45,476 nt of DNA from Armatimonadota bacterium (lineage in GTDB: Bacteria; Vulcanimicrobiota; Xenobia; RGZZ01), in the NCBI GenBank assembly GCA_016868975.1, contig VGFD01000002.1, forward strand, positions 1 through 45,476, given 5' to 3'. The notes under the pieces are model-generated. The model ran no database searches. It worked only from the letters and a program-made list of their open reading frames with translations, and had not been told where the DNA came from. Position numbers and translations under genes: made by a program. Below, in pieces: positions 9,901 to 18,805 of this stretch. Position 1 is the first letter of the stretch. Each line of letters starts with the position of its first letter.

Positions 9901-11656
9901 CGGTGCTGGTGCGGCCGCCCTCGCGCATCACTGAGTACTGCACGAGCGGCGCGGCCAGGTTGGCGGTGCGCTGGTTGCCCAGGGCCAGCTCGTTGTACAG
10001 CCAGTTGATGCCGGGATAATATTCGAAATCCACGCCGAACCCGGCGAGGTAATAATCGCGCGACACCTCAAGCGCCTTGCGGCTGATTTTCAGGAGGTTG
10101 CGTCCGCACGGAGCGCCGACGTTCTTCTCGACGAATTTCACCAGGTCGCGGTCCACGTTGCCGCGGTCGGTGACGTCCGTCATCAGCTCGTCGATGCGGG
10201 CATTGCAGACGGCCTCTGTGATGGCGCCGTCCAGCGGCTTGCCGGTGAGCGCGCGGCCCAATTCGAATAATTTTTCACGGGTGGCCTTGCCGCGGACCAT
10301 CTTGCCGGCCAGCTTGTCCAGGGCCGAGGAGGCGGCCGACCGCACTTCCTCCTTGAACATGGCCCACTCGTCCGGTTTCTTGCTGCTCAACGTCTCGGCG
10401 GCCTTGAAGGGATCCGCGGCATCCAGAATGGCCGCCGCGTCCCAATTTTCACGCTTGAGACCGGTGGCGTCCTCGACGAATTTCAAGGTGTCTTCGACCG
10501 CCGCTGCGTCCCTTGTCCGCGCCTTGAGTCCCTCGACGCGCGCGTTGAAGCGTGCGGCGGTCTTTTCCAGCGCGAGGTCGCCGACGCGCTTGCCGTCAAG
10601 ATTCCAATCCACGGTGGGGACGTTGGAGACTTGCGCGAACAGCGCCGTCAGATCGGCGGATTTTACCTTGCCGTCGATCTGCTTTTCGGCCTCCTGGTAG
10701 ACCATCTTGTAGGCCTTGCCCATGCCGCCCAGGACCTCGCCATTGATGCCGAGGTTTCGATAAATGTTGCGGCGGCTCGCCTCAATGAATCCCATGGGCC
10801 CGTGGTGCACGGTCTGCACCCGCTCGTTGATATACGCCTCGGACTCGCGGATGCTTTCCTTTACCTTTTTCTGCTTGTTCAGGCAGACGATGTAATATTC
10901 GCGGGGAATCTCGTAGCTCGGAAGATAATCGTTCTTCTGCCGCATCTCCTCGTAGAAGCGGGCGGAGTCGGCAAAGGCGCCCTGGTCCTGGTAGGCCTCC
11001 ATCAGCATGGTGACCATGTCAGGATCAAGCTTGACGCCTTCGCGGTTCTGTTTCTTCTCGAACGCGCGCAGCTCGTCCACGGTGACCTTGCGCTTGGAGC
11101 CGTCCTTCTCCTTGAGCAGCTTGCCCAGCTCGGCCAAATACTTGCCGTGCTGCTGGGCCCACTCGAATACCTTCGGCTGGCGCTCGGCGATGGTTTCGCG
11201 CGCGTGCTCGGGCGGGATTTCCAGGAAATCCCCGAGGGGCCCGAGGTCGCGCGGCGGGATCGAGGAAAGCGGATTGACGAATTGCGGCTCGTCGGTGACC
11301 GGCTCGGGGTTGAGCGCCTTGAGAAGGTCGGGCTGTTGAATCTGTATCTGGCCGTTAGGGCCCACCTGCACCGGGATGAGCGTCCCGTCGGGGCCGACGA
11401 CTTGCAGGCCGTGGTCGGTCATCTGCAGGGTGATGGGCGGCGCCTGCAGGGAGCGCTCCTCGGTGGGCGTGGCGGGCGCCTGGGGAGCGACCTTCGCTTC
11501 AGGAAGGGGCGGCGGAGCGGGCGCGGCGGTGGTGGCCAGCGGCCCGGAGAGCGTCACCGCATCCTTCGGGGTGACGGTTGCCTCGGGCGCTTCCGGGGAG
11601 GTCCCCCGGGTCTGCCGGGCCGGAAGAAGAATCGTGGTCTGTTTGATGGGGTCCAT
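6983..11656 (-). CDS. 1557-aa multidomain protein: DUF4071/MAP3K TRAF-binding (TPR-S)-like region, putative Cys-His-Asp domain, tandem C-terminal repeat
   Basis: LDPDMVTMLMEAYQD, YYIVCLNK, GEVLGGMGKAYK, YYLAGF...YYPGINWL, DFWNLAT, WELQSTSDNL; DCRH...EDH...VDPFY; two copies of AAADAH..WK..KDR. Confidence 0.75.
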   Translation of the reverse strand: MDPIKQTTILLPARQTRGTSPEAPEATVTPKDAVTLSGPLATTAAPAPPPLPEAKVAPQAPATPTEERSLQAPPITLQMTDHGLQVVGPDGTLIPVQVGPNGQIQIQQPDLLKALNPEPVTDEPQFVNPLSSIPPRDLGPLGDFLEIPPEHARETIAERQPKVFEWAQQHGKYLAELGKLLKEKDGSKRKVTVDELRAFEKKQNREGVKLDPDMVTMLMEAYQDQGAFADSARFYEEMRQKNDYLPSYEIPREYYIVCLNKQKKVKESIRESEAYINERVQTVHHGPMGFIEASRRNIYRNLGINGEVLGGMGKAYKMVYQEAEKQIDGKVKSADLTALFAQVSNVPTVDWNLDGKRVGDLALEKTAARFNARVEGLKARTRDAAAVEDTLKFVEDATGLKRENWDAAAILDAADPFKAAETLSSKKPDEWAMFKEEVRSAASSALDKLAGKMVRGKATREKLFELGRALTGKPLDGAITEAVCNARIDELMTDVTDRGNVDRDLVKFVEKNVGAPCGRNLLKISRKALEVSRDYYLAGFGVDFEYYPGINWLYNELALGNQRTANLAAPLVQYSVMREGGRTSTDFWNLATQTELATILDQPQTVHDLLPRLLNAAKAGWELQSTSDNLQWFGETKKEEGKDVGLVNFMVRKLAERTEGGFPPKPGFDLNAFITNAQAELRSLKNFSAADSSLSPEDLRQKEITDRIFKKATTFQEVFNSKFVGGSWKFVSRGGVADTPINRQTVRALRQVMFHLGLDKIDRPQDFPVFHSRVHKYIDTKFALYDQKTGERLMEDLDSDVHKKRDKFTQARHDVCHSRISGSGQTNLAVEIMLGQSDCRHTKVTYQGCFDLWKRDHQTRHLQGCLDAILDGHEETFENELTRAQEWNKIQVVSPDLGFFSPMKLRLDENGQPMKYAIERDKKGRPVRTDDGDILRDDKGNPLAIEDHSMPFLAKLDKEGRILRENGFKAVDPFYKDFYPLANTPVDPAGILDDEKGFYLGKVGVPGSDGKPIDFWGKPTKYSGAAPQRIPGECGQVTFGGLEVAMNDITPLLSEDNRLAHLVDAMADMVTGTTKERLLNAVLSRMLDEAAADAHQIWKRAKDRELMDPESAFLGFAPERVLVTRDVAGMSNAQIAEWLKAQAPQADIPEWKLDAVKKAAVGSTIFDPHFLTYAEMLDQQQSVRLSGEVAVAPLALSLYLQDFRRGEDLRYVLDNMLGGKDDLGVKELEKVHRVAFLASQVVVGERSFDHQIDAPKSTGRTVKTQVRTDFQGWHTIHENGLELAKLDEYTLQPAAEWLYKHLEAIQGKSGSAVLEDVVGKLVESAAADAHNVGWKAGKDRAFADPKNPFVGFAPTRQRISCNTPQVAEMSREDIAKFYGVPEISEEKAEAIREATRQAIASKTDKGADVTHQLYKEYTLTLADRPDGGTRMAGANAVPLLTLALYLADFRGEECESIAGLKKVLAGLIAATDKTGLNDVTMLNHVAFQAAQLPYGERAHENEIAETVKSGEMQTLRDRSDITLYQNAGKGGQKENADQVKAGLQWLNRDLDDMVSKL

Positions 11657-11684
11657 GAACTGTCTCCGCCTGCGTGTTCCGGCA

Positions 11685-11716
11685 ATGATAGACCCGGGAC
11701 CTGAAGGGAACCTGAA
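11685..11716 (-). promoter_or_regulatory. Promoter TTCAGG-N5-TTCAGG-N9-TATCAT upstream of the giant gene
   Basis: Perfect 7-bp direct repeat TTCAGGT with 11-bp period over the -35 region. The same geometry recurs at 30713 and 43514. Confidence 0.65.
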
Positions 11717-11839
11717 TTGGCCATGGCTCGGGCGTTGTCCTTGTACTCCCTCCCGTCGCGTTGGCCAGACGGGTGCGGTTCACGGGGCGCCCGCGCGCTC
11801 CTGGAGGCATCTCTCTGACAGGTTCGAACTACCGTGGGC

Positions 11840-14332
11840 ATGAGTGAGGCCACGGTATCCCTGGTAGTACACGGCTCGCACGAAACCCGCGAGTACCCTC
11901 TGGAGCCGGGGCGGCGCGTCACCATCGGCGCTGACCCGAGCAACGACGTTGTCATCGGCGAGGACGGCGTGCAGCCTCGCCACGCCGCCATCGAGTGGGA
12001 CGATGAAGGACCGGCCGTCGTCGACGTCGCCGCCCCCACCGACGTCTTTCTGAACGGGCAGCGGGTGGCCCGCGGCCCCCTGGAGAACGGCGACTTCATC
12101 AAGCTGGGCACCGCGCGGCTGGTGTTCCACGAGAGCGCGGCCGTGAGCGGCGCCGCGCTGCGCGGAACGGTGCGCGGGCGCGTCGTCCGCGTCGTCCTGG
12201 AGTCTGACTGCTTGCGCATCGGGCGCGGCGGGGACAACGACGTCGTGCTCGACCATCCCCAGGTGGCGCGCCGTCACGCCCGCGTCGAGAGGACCGCCGG
12301 GGGCTGGACGCTGCTCGACGAAAAGGACATGTACGGCACCTTTCTCAACGGCAAGCGGCTGGACGGCGCCGCGCCGCTCCAGGAAGGGGACCGCTTCACC
12401 ATCAGCGCGTTCCACTTCCGCCTGGTTGGCGACGCGCTGGAGTATTACAGCGAGGCGGGCAATGCGCGGGTGGACGTGCTCAACGTGCAGCGGGTGGCGG
12501 GCGGCAGCCGCATCATTTTGCACGACGTGTCGTTGTCGATTTACCCGCGCGAGTTCGTGGCGCTGGTGGGCGCCTCCGGCGCCGGCAAGAGCACGCTGAT
12601 GAACGCGCTCTCGGGATTTCGACCAGCGGATGCGGGCCGTGTTCTTCTCAATGGCACCGACTACTACGCGCACTTCGACAGTTTCCGCGCGAGCCTGGGA
12701 TTCGTGCCCCAGGACGACATCATCCACCGCGAGCTGACCGTGGAGCGCGCGCTTCATTATGCCGCCTGCCTGCGCCTGCCGGAGGACTCTTCCGAGGAGG
12801 AGCGGGCCCAGCGCATCAACGAGGTGCTCCACGATCTGCACCTGACCGAGCGCCGCGACACGCCCATCGCCAATCTTTCCGGAGGCCAGCGAAAGCGGGT
12901 CAGCATTGGAGTGGAGCTGCTCACCCGGCCGCGGATATTCTACCTGGACGAGCCCACGTCGGGCCTCGACCCCGGCATGGAAACCGAGCTGATGCGGATT
13001 TTCCGCAACCTCGCCGACAAGGGCCACACCCTGGTGATCGTCACCCACGCGACGAAAAACATCACGCTGTGCAACAAGATCGCGTTCATGGCCGAGGGGG
13101 GATATCTGGCGTTCTACGGCTCGCCGCAGGAGGCCCTGGAATTTTTCCGGGCCGACGACTTCAGCGACATCTACTTGAAGATCCAGAATGAGAGGACGCC
13201 GGAGCAGTGGCAGAACGAATATCGCGCGTCCCCCTACTACCAGCGCAACGTAGGGAACCGGCTGGCCGAAGTGGAGACCCTGGCCCGCGAGGCGGCCGCC
13301 GAAGCGCGCGAGGAAGGCGCCGTGGAGCGCGCCGCGCCGCGGGCCTCCGCATTGCGCCAGTACGGTATTCTCACCCGGCGCGCTCTCGAGATTCACCTGC
13401 GCGATCGGGGGAACCTGGGGATCTTGATGGGCTCGGCGCTCTTGATCGCGCTCTTGATCCCGTTTCTGTTTCCGGACCCCAACCTGCTGCAGCCCTTTGT
13501 GTTCGCGGATTTCAATTTTCCGCCGGCCGCCGACGGTCCGCGCGATCCGTCGTCAATTACGGACAACTACGGCAAGGCGCGCCAGATCGTGTTTTTCACG
13601 ATTATCGCCGCCATTTTCTTCGGCGTGAACAACGCCATCCGCGAGATCGCCCGGGAGATTCCAATCTATCGGCGCGAGCGCACGGTCAACTTGCAGATAC
13701 CTCCTTACGTGTTTTCCAAGCTGACCGTGATGGCGGCGCTCTGTCTGACGCAGGTTGCTTTGCTCACGCTGGTCATCGGTTTCCACCTCAAGGTGCCGGA
13801 GGCGAGCCCGCTGTTTTATGCGAAGCTGCTCGCCCTGCTCTGGCTGGGCTCGCTGGCCGCGATGGCCATGGCGCTCGCTTTTTCCGCGTTTGCCAGCAAT
13901 GAGAACAAGGCCGGCTCGGCGCTGCCGGTGCTGATCATACCGCAGATATTCCTGACCGGCATTTTTCCTCGCCTGACCGGGACGGCCGCGCTGGTCACCA
14001 ACTTCGGGCTGACCAAATGGATGTATGAGACTCTCCACCACCACCTGCGGCTCTGGAACATCTTTCCCTCGCCGCAGACTATCACCAATCCGCAGGTTGG
14101 GGCCGGCCTGCAGATGATGGCCAACGACGCCAGCGTCGATTGCGCGGTCATTCCCTGCAAGGCTCAGATGGCGCTGGCCGACCTGCAAGACCTGATCGAC
14201 GCCGGGGCGAAAGCCATGCCGCCGCCGGGCTATTCCTACCTCCACTACATGACCGTGTTGCTGGGCTTCTTCGTGTTTTTCACCGCGCTCACGTGCTGGT
14301 TCCAAAAACGCAAGGACTGGCAGCGGGATTAG
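11840..14332 (+). CDS. FHA-FHA-ABC ATPase-ABC2 permease fusion (Rv1747-like architecture)
   Basis: Two FHA folds (IGxxxxNDVV...HA...FLNG), GASGAGKS, LSGGQRKR, LDEPTSGLD, C-terminal TM helices with RER motif. The start could be GTG 11834. Confidence 0.92.
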   Translation: MSEATVSLVVHGSHETREYPLEPGRRVTIGADPSNDVVIGEDGVQPRHAAIEWDDEGPAVVDVAAPTDVFLNGQRVARGPLENGDFIKLGTARLVFHESAAVSGAALRGTVRGRVVRVVLESDCLRIGRGGDNDVVLDHPQVARRHARVERTAGGWTLLDEKDMYGTFLNGKRLDGAAPLQEGDRFTISAFHFRLVGDALEYYSEAGNARVDVLNVQRVAGGSRIILHDVSLSIYPREFVALVGASGAGKSTLMNALSGFRPADAGRVLLNGTDYYAHFDSFRASLGFVPQDDIIHRELTVERALHYAACLRLPEDSSEEERAQRINEVLHDLHLTERRDTPIANLSGGQRKRVSIGVELLTRPRIFYLDEPTSGLDPGMETELMRIFRNLADKGHTLVIVTHATKNITLCNKIAFMAEGGYLAFYGSPQEALEFFRADDFSDIYLKIQNERTPEQWQNEYRASPYYQRNVGNRLAEVETLAREAAAEAREEGAVERAAPRASALRQYGILTRRALEIHLRDRGNLGILMGSALLIALLIPFLFPDPNLLQPFVFADFNFPPAADGPRDPSSITDNYGKARQIVFFTIIAAIFFGVNNAIREIAREIPIYRRERTVNLQIPPYVFSKLTVMAALCLTQVALLTLVIGFHLKVPEASPLFYAKLLALLWLGSLAAMAMALAFSAFASNENKAGSALPVLIIPQIFLTGIFPRLTGTAALVTNFGLTKWMYETLHHHLRLWNIFPSPQTITNPQVGAGLQMMANDASVDCAVIPCKAQMALADLQDLIDAGAKAMPPPGYSYLHYMTVLLGFFVFFTALTCWFQKRKDWQRD

Positions 14333-14353
14333 ATTGGGTGTACAATAGCCAAC

Positions 14354-16192
14354 GTGCGACTCAAGAAACGGGGAACGGCGCTGGCCACGGTCTTGCTCGC
14401 CTCGGGGGTATTGCTGGTGGTCTGTATGGCGCTGGGCACCATGGCCATTCTCGATCTGGACGTGTCGAGCTCCTACTCGATGCGCTCCCAGAGCTTGCTG
14501 ATGGCCGAGGCGGCCGTCAACCAGCTCATCGCCGAGATGGATCGGGCGCAGGAGCGGGAGATTGAGGAGGGCGGCGGCAGCGGCCTGGAGATGAGCGACC
14601 TGCCCCGTCTTGACCTGCTGGCCCGTTTTCGGGACCCGGTGTTTCCCGCCGGTGCCAACCGTTTTCCGGGAGAGGTCTTCATCACCTTCGACACGCGCCA
14701 CCAAATGGGCCACTATTCGGTGGACAACTCCTACAACGAAGCCCCGGCCGCCGGCTGGCTCGATCGGGGCACCAGCAACCGCTCAGTGCCGCCCTTTTCG
14801 ATTGACCTCCTGATCCAGACGAAGATAGGAAGCCGCGCCACCTGGTACCAGGCCACCCTGCGGCGGCGCTGGCCATACGTGCTGTGCACCCCGGGGCGGG
14901 TCACGCTGATGGGCGCGCCGACCTACGCGAGAGACCGCAAGACCACCACGGTCGTGCCCTCGGAGGTGACCGGCAACATCTTCAACCTCCCGGGGGTATC
15001 GTTCAGCCCGTCGCCGCCGCCGGACGCGTCCCCTCCGCCGCCGCCGGACACGGACCAGAGCATCTTCGTCGACGTGAACCTGATTGACAACCTGCTGGGC
15101 GTGCTGCCGCCCAACACCGCCACGGTGAGCGTGGGGGGAGAGTCGTCGGTGAAGGTGCTGCTGTCCGACGGGAGTTACGGCCCCTCGGTGCGGGTCACCA
15201 GCATCGGCAACATGCTGCTCGGGTCGGTGGACGTGGGCGCCGAGGATCCCAACGCGGGCATCGACGTGTACCCGGGCAACAGGGCGGTGGGCTCCTTCCG
15301 CCAGGACGTGAAGCCGTTCAACCTGGAGAAGAGCTTGCAGCGCGCGTTCCAGCTGCCCAGTTACGGAAATTTCCGGGAAGTCCCGCTGCAGGCGGACCCG
15401 CCCGGCTGGCGGCCCGAGCCGGTGCCGGGGCCGGAGTCGGCCGAGGATCCCAACAGCGAGTCGACGACGCCGTCGCCTTCCCCTTCCCCCAGCGAGGAGC
15501 CGGAGGATCCCGGCCCGCCGCCCTTCTTCGTGCTCTATGAGAATCTCGTTCTCAGCGGGCCGCCTCCGCCGGAGGACGAATCATTCAATTTTGACGAGCG
15601 AGGGTGTTACCGGATCAGCACGCCGGCCGGCAACCGCTACATCGTCAACGGCAACCGGCGCAATATTTATTACACGGGGAAAGGAATCGAGCTGCACGAC
15701 TGCATGCTCTACATCGCCGGAAATCTGGATCTGTCTTCCACGCTCCCGCTGGCGGGCGGCGCGGCGACAGTTCCGCCGCTGCGCGGCAATAACGCGACCC
15801 TCATCGTGGACGGCACGCTCATCGTCAACAACGGCTCGCTGAGCGGCAGCGAGGATGGCATGGTGATTTATTGCCGGCGTCTGGTGACGGCCGCGCAGGG
15901 CACCTATCACGGCTTGATCATGGTGCAAAAGAGCGCCGCCATCTGTCCCGCCTTCCCGGGCGCGAAAATCGAGATTCAAGGCGGCATCGTGTGCGGCGGC
16001 GACCCGGTGCAGCTTTTCGCGCTCAACCCGAATTTCGATCCGGAAGCTCAGGGCGGCGGCCCGGAGGAAGTGGACGTCCGTCTCGACGGGCTCCATCTGT
16101 GGTCCACGCACTTGAAGTACGATGCCCGCTACCTCAAGACCTTGAACCGCCTCGGCCCGCTGACCCTGCTGGCCCTGCGCCAGATCGAGTGA
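14354..16192 (+). CDS. PilX/GspK-like large minor pilin-type protein
   Basis: N-terminus KKRG-TALATVLL (class III-like, no Glu+5), SLLMAEAAV PilX motif, Pro-rich linkers, C-terminal beta-helix-like repeats. Confidence 0.7.
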   Translation: MRLKKRGTALATVLLASGVLLVVCMALGTMAILDLDVSSSYSMRSQSLLMAEAAVNQLIAEMDRAQEREIEEGGGSGLEMSDLPRLDLLARFRDPVFPAGANRFPGEVFITFDTRHQMGHYSVDNSYNEAPAAGWLDRGTSNRSVPPFSIDLLIQTKIGSRATWYQATLRRRWPYVLCTPGRVTLMGAPTYARDRKTTTVVPSEVTGNIFNLPGVSFSPSPPPDASPPPPPDTDQSIFVDVNLIDNLLGVLPPNTATVSVGGESSVKVLLSDGSYGPSVRVTSIGNMLLGSVDVGAEDPNAGIDVYPGNRAVGSFRQDVKPFNLEKSLQRAFQLPSYGNFREVPLQADPPGWRPEPVPGPESAEDPNSESTTPSPSPSPSEEPEDPGPPPFFVLYENLVLSGPPPPEDESFNFDERGCYRISTPAGNRYIVNGNRRNIYYTGKGIELHDCMLYIAGNLDLSSTLPLAGGAATVPPLRGNNATLIVDGTLIVNNGSLSGSEDGMVIYCRRLVTAAQGTYHGLIMVQKSAAICPAFPGAKIEIQGGIVCGGDPVQLFALNPNFDPEAQGGGPEEVDVRLDGLHLWSTHLKYDARYLKTLNRLGPLTLLALRQIE

Positions 16193-16554
16193 GGCGCGGG
16201 CTCTCCATTCTCGAAGTGATTTTCGCCATGGCGATTTTATCTTTGTTGTTTCTTTTCGTGCTGGGCATCCTGCCGACCGGGGTGAGATCAATTAAAAAAT
16301 CCGAGGATATGGCGGCGGCCGCCGCCTACAGCGTGGAATTGATCGAGGACGCCCGCCGCAACATGCCGCAGGCCGGCGCGCAGACTTTCAGGCTGACGCT
16401 GAACAATACCGAATTTGTGATGGTGCGGGAAATCTACCGGGTGGACGCGGCGCTCACCGACATCGCCGTTACCGCGTCCTGGCAGCCCAACACGCCGCCG
16501 CTGCGCTACGTCACGCGCCTGCGCGGCCAGCTGCCGTCCCCGTCGCCGCGATGA
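16189..16554 (+). CDS. Prepilin-type minor pilin (PilV/GspI-like)
   Basis: GTG 16189 overlaps the upstream TGA. RRG-LSILEVIFAMAIL class III signal. Confidence 0.8.
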   Translation: MRRGLSILEVIFAMAILSLLFLFVLGILPTGVRSIKKSEDMAAAAAYSVELIEDARRNMPQAGAQTFRLTLNNTEFVMVREIYRVDAALTDIAVTASWQPNTPPLRYVTRLRGQLPSPSPR

Positions 16555-17186
16555 GGCGCCGCGGCTTCACCCTGGTGGAGATCCTGGTGGCGGGCGGCCT
16601 GCTGCTGCTGCTGCTGGGCGTCGTCTGGTACCTTCTGGTGCCGGCCTGGCGCGCGTACATGAAAGGAGATCGCAAGTCGGACGTGCAGCGCAACAGCATG
16701 GTGGTGGGCGCCCGCATCGCGCAGGAATTCCGCAATGCCTACGGCTCGTCGGTGGCGGTGAAGAAGATCCCGGTCACGACGCCGGACGGAGAAGTCCGCC
16801 AGGACGCGGTGATTTTTCTCTCGGATCTCGATCTGCGCGGCGACCTGCAATTGACGCCGGACGGGGATCCGATCTGGCAGAAAAGGGTGGTTTTCTACCA
16901 CGACGGGGAAACCAACCAGATCCGCTCCAAGGAGATCCCGCTCGATCCCCCGTCGGTGGATCCAGATCCGCTGATTGTGGAGACCTTCGATCGCAGCCCG
17001 AAGGACCGCATCATCGCGCGTCACGTGAAGGAGCTGAAATTCAGCTGGGATCTGGCGCCGAGCCTGCAGATCATCGTGCAGGCCGAGCGCGAGGGCTATA
17101 CCTCCCGCTTCGAAACCAGCGTCACCCCGCTGCTCGACGCCTTCGTCCCGCCGCCCCCGCCGCCGAGCTCGAGCCCGTCGCCGTAG
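16551..17186 (+). CDS. Prepilin-type minor pilin (PilW/GspJ-like)
   Basis: RRRG-FTLVEILVAGG. ATGA overlap with the upstream gene. Confidence 0.85.
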   Translation: MRRRGFTLVEILVAGGLLLLLLGVVWYLLVPAWRAYMKGDRKSDVQRNSMVVGARIAQEFRNAYGSSVAVKKIPVTTPDGEVRQDAVIFLSDLDLRGDLQLTPDGDPIWQKRVVFYHDGETNQIRSKEIPLDPPSVDPDPLIVETFDRSPKDRIIARHVKELKFSWDLAPSLQIIVQAEREGYTSRFETSVTPLLDAFVPPPPPPSSSPSP

Positions 17187-17270
17187 CTTGGGCGTCCGGA
17201 CAAGTCCAGGAGAGGTTTTGTTGCTTGATCGTGTGACTCACATTGCGCATACGCCTTGGAGTGGGAATGG

Positions 17271-18713
17271 TCAAACGCGCCAGGCGTCGTAGGTGTGGCC
17301 CAGCTTCAGCATGGTGTCGACCCGCTCGAACAATGCGTTTATGGCCTTCGGGTGGAGCAGGTCCTCTAATTCCGCGGTAATTTCCTTGCGGTGTTTTTTC
17401 AGGCTTTTCAGCGCCGCGGTGGCCTCGTCGTCGAGCTTGACCTGCTTGTCGAAATCGTAGTTGATGCCGCCCTGCTCCTTGTTTTGCAGCGGGAAGCAGA
17501 GGCCGTGATCGATGGGAATCGCTTCGACGTCCTGTTTGCCCGCCACCATCCAGTTGCCGTTGTGGCGGTCGGTGTTGCCCAGCACGTTGTCGAGCACCGC
17601 CATGCGCCGATAAGAGGAGTTGCGCGCGCTGGAGGAAATCTGGGAAGCGCGCTTGGAATCCTCGGCCTGCTCGACGCCGTTGAGCCACCACATCATCGCG
17701 CCGTTCTGGCGTCCCATCTTGCGGTAGACGGTGGGCTGGACCTTGCCGTAGTGGCCCATCCAGCGATCCACGACGTAGGCGGCCGCCTCCCGCTTGCCCT
17801 GATTTCCGGCTTCGATCTGATCGCGCAGAACGCTCTTGTCCTCACCCGCCGAAGGCTTCCACATGGCCTGCGCGCGGTTGCTCAGACCCACGTGGGTGCT
17901 GGCGTTGATGCCGGTGCCAATGCTCTGGGTTTGGGCGATGCGCGCGTCGGTGTCACGCAGGTACGCTTCCGCCACCGCGTATTCGGCCGGCGTGCTGGGG
18001 ATTTTCATCATCGGCAGCGCGGCGAAATGCGCGGCGGCGCCGCCGATGGGGCCGGCCACCGGGCCGGCCACCCGCAAGCCCAGGAAACGCATGGTTTTCG
18101 CGAGCCATCCCGTCGACCGCTCGGGGATGGTGACGGTCACCGTCGGCTCATTCGCGGGCATGCGCAGCATCGCTTCGGCTTCGTGCGGGTGGAGCAGCGT
18201 TTCCTCGCGGTTGCTTGCGCGAACCACGCCATCAGGCAGGCTCTCCATGAGGTGCGGGGCATTGGCCACGCGCAGCGACGGGGGCAGCGTGCTGGCGCGC
18301 TTGTGCTCGTGCGAGATGGCGCGCTTTTCGGTCTGCAGCGCGCGCTGCACGGCGGAGACGTCCCCACCCTGCTCGCGCATCCGGCGCACAATCGCGGCGG
18401 CAACCTGGTTGGGCGCCCCAAATCCCACGCTGCCCGCGGCGAACAGCGCGAGGCCCTCCTGGAGCGCGGCCAGCCGATCGGTGGACCTGTCTTCGGTGGC
18501 GCGCACGGCGGCGTGGACGATGCGCAGCGCTTCCTGCTCGTCCTTCGAGCCGGCCTGGCGCACCACGCTGTCGACGTCGGCAAGGGCGTCCTCGGCGTCC
18601 AGCACCTGGCGCGTGGTCGCGCGAAACCAGTGGGGCTGCTGCGCGCGCTGCAGCCCCTGGCGCGCGATGGTGTCGAGGCGTGGCTCCACGTGGGAAAGGT
18701 TCAGCAGCCGCAA
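17271..18713 (-). CDS. Type II PI4-kinase-like (PI3/4K superfamily) kinase with N-terminal helical extension
   Basis: MWKP (ATP Lys), REAAAYVVD, VQPTV, LDNVLGNTDRHNGN catalytic loop, IDHGLCFP. RBS AGGAG before the TTG. Confidence 0.85.
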   Translation of the reverse strand: MRLLNLSHVEPRLDTIARQGLQRAQQPHWFRATTRQVLDAEDALADVDSVVRQAGSKDEQEALRIVHAAVRATEDRSTDRLAALQEGLALFAAGSVGFGAPNQVAAAIVRRMREQGGDVSAVQRALQTEKRAISHEHKRASTLPPSLRVANAPHLMESLPDGVVRASNREETLLHPHEAEAMLRMPANEPTVTVTIPERSTGWLAKTMRFLGLRVAGPVAGPIGGAAAHFAALPMMKIPSTPAEYAVAEAYLRDTDARIAQTQSIGTGINASTHVGLSNRAQAMWKPSAGEDKSVLRDQIEAGNQGKREAAAYVVDRWMGHYGKVQPTVYRKMGRQNGAMMWWLNGVEQAEDSKRASQISSSARNSSYRRMAVLDNVLGNTDRHNGNWMVAGKQDVEAIPIDHGLCFPLQNKEQGGINYDFDKQVKLDDEATAALKSLKKHRKEITAELEDLLHPKAINALFERVDTMLKLGHTYDAWRV

Positions 18714-18805
18714 AGCGGACTCCTGGGCAGGTGATCGGGCGCACTTTCCGCGGGTCGCCGGGGCCTTACCATGTCCACAGACACTTGCAGGGAGGCAGAA
18801 AGCGC

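Noticed and set aside
18714-18780. Sigma28 promoter (GCCCGATC) upstream of the kinase
   Set aside because: No TAAA-like -35 at the required spacing.
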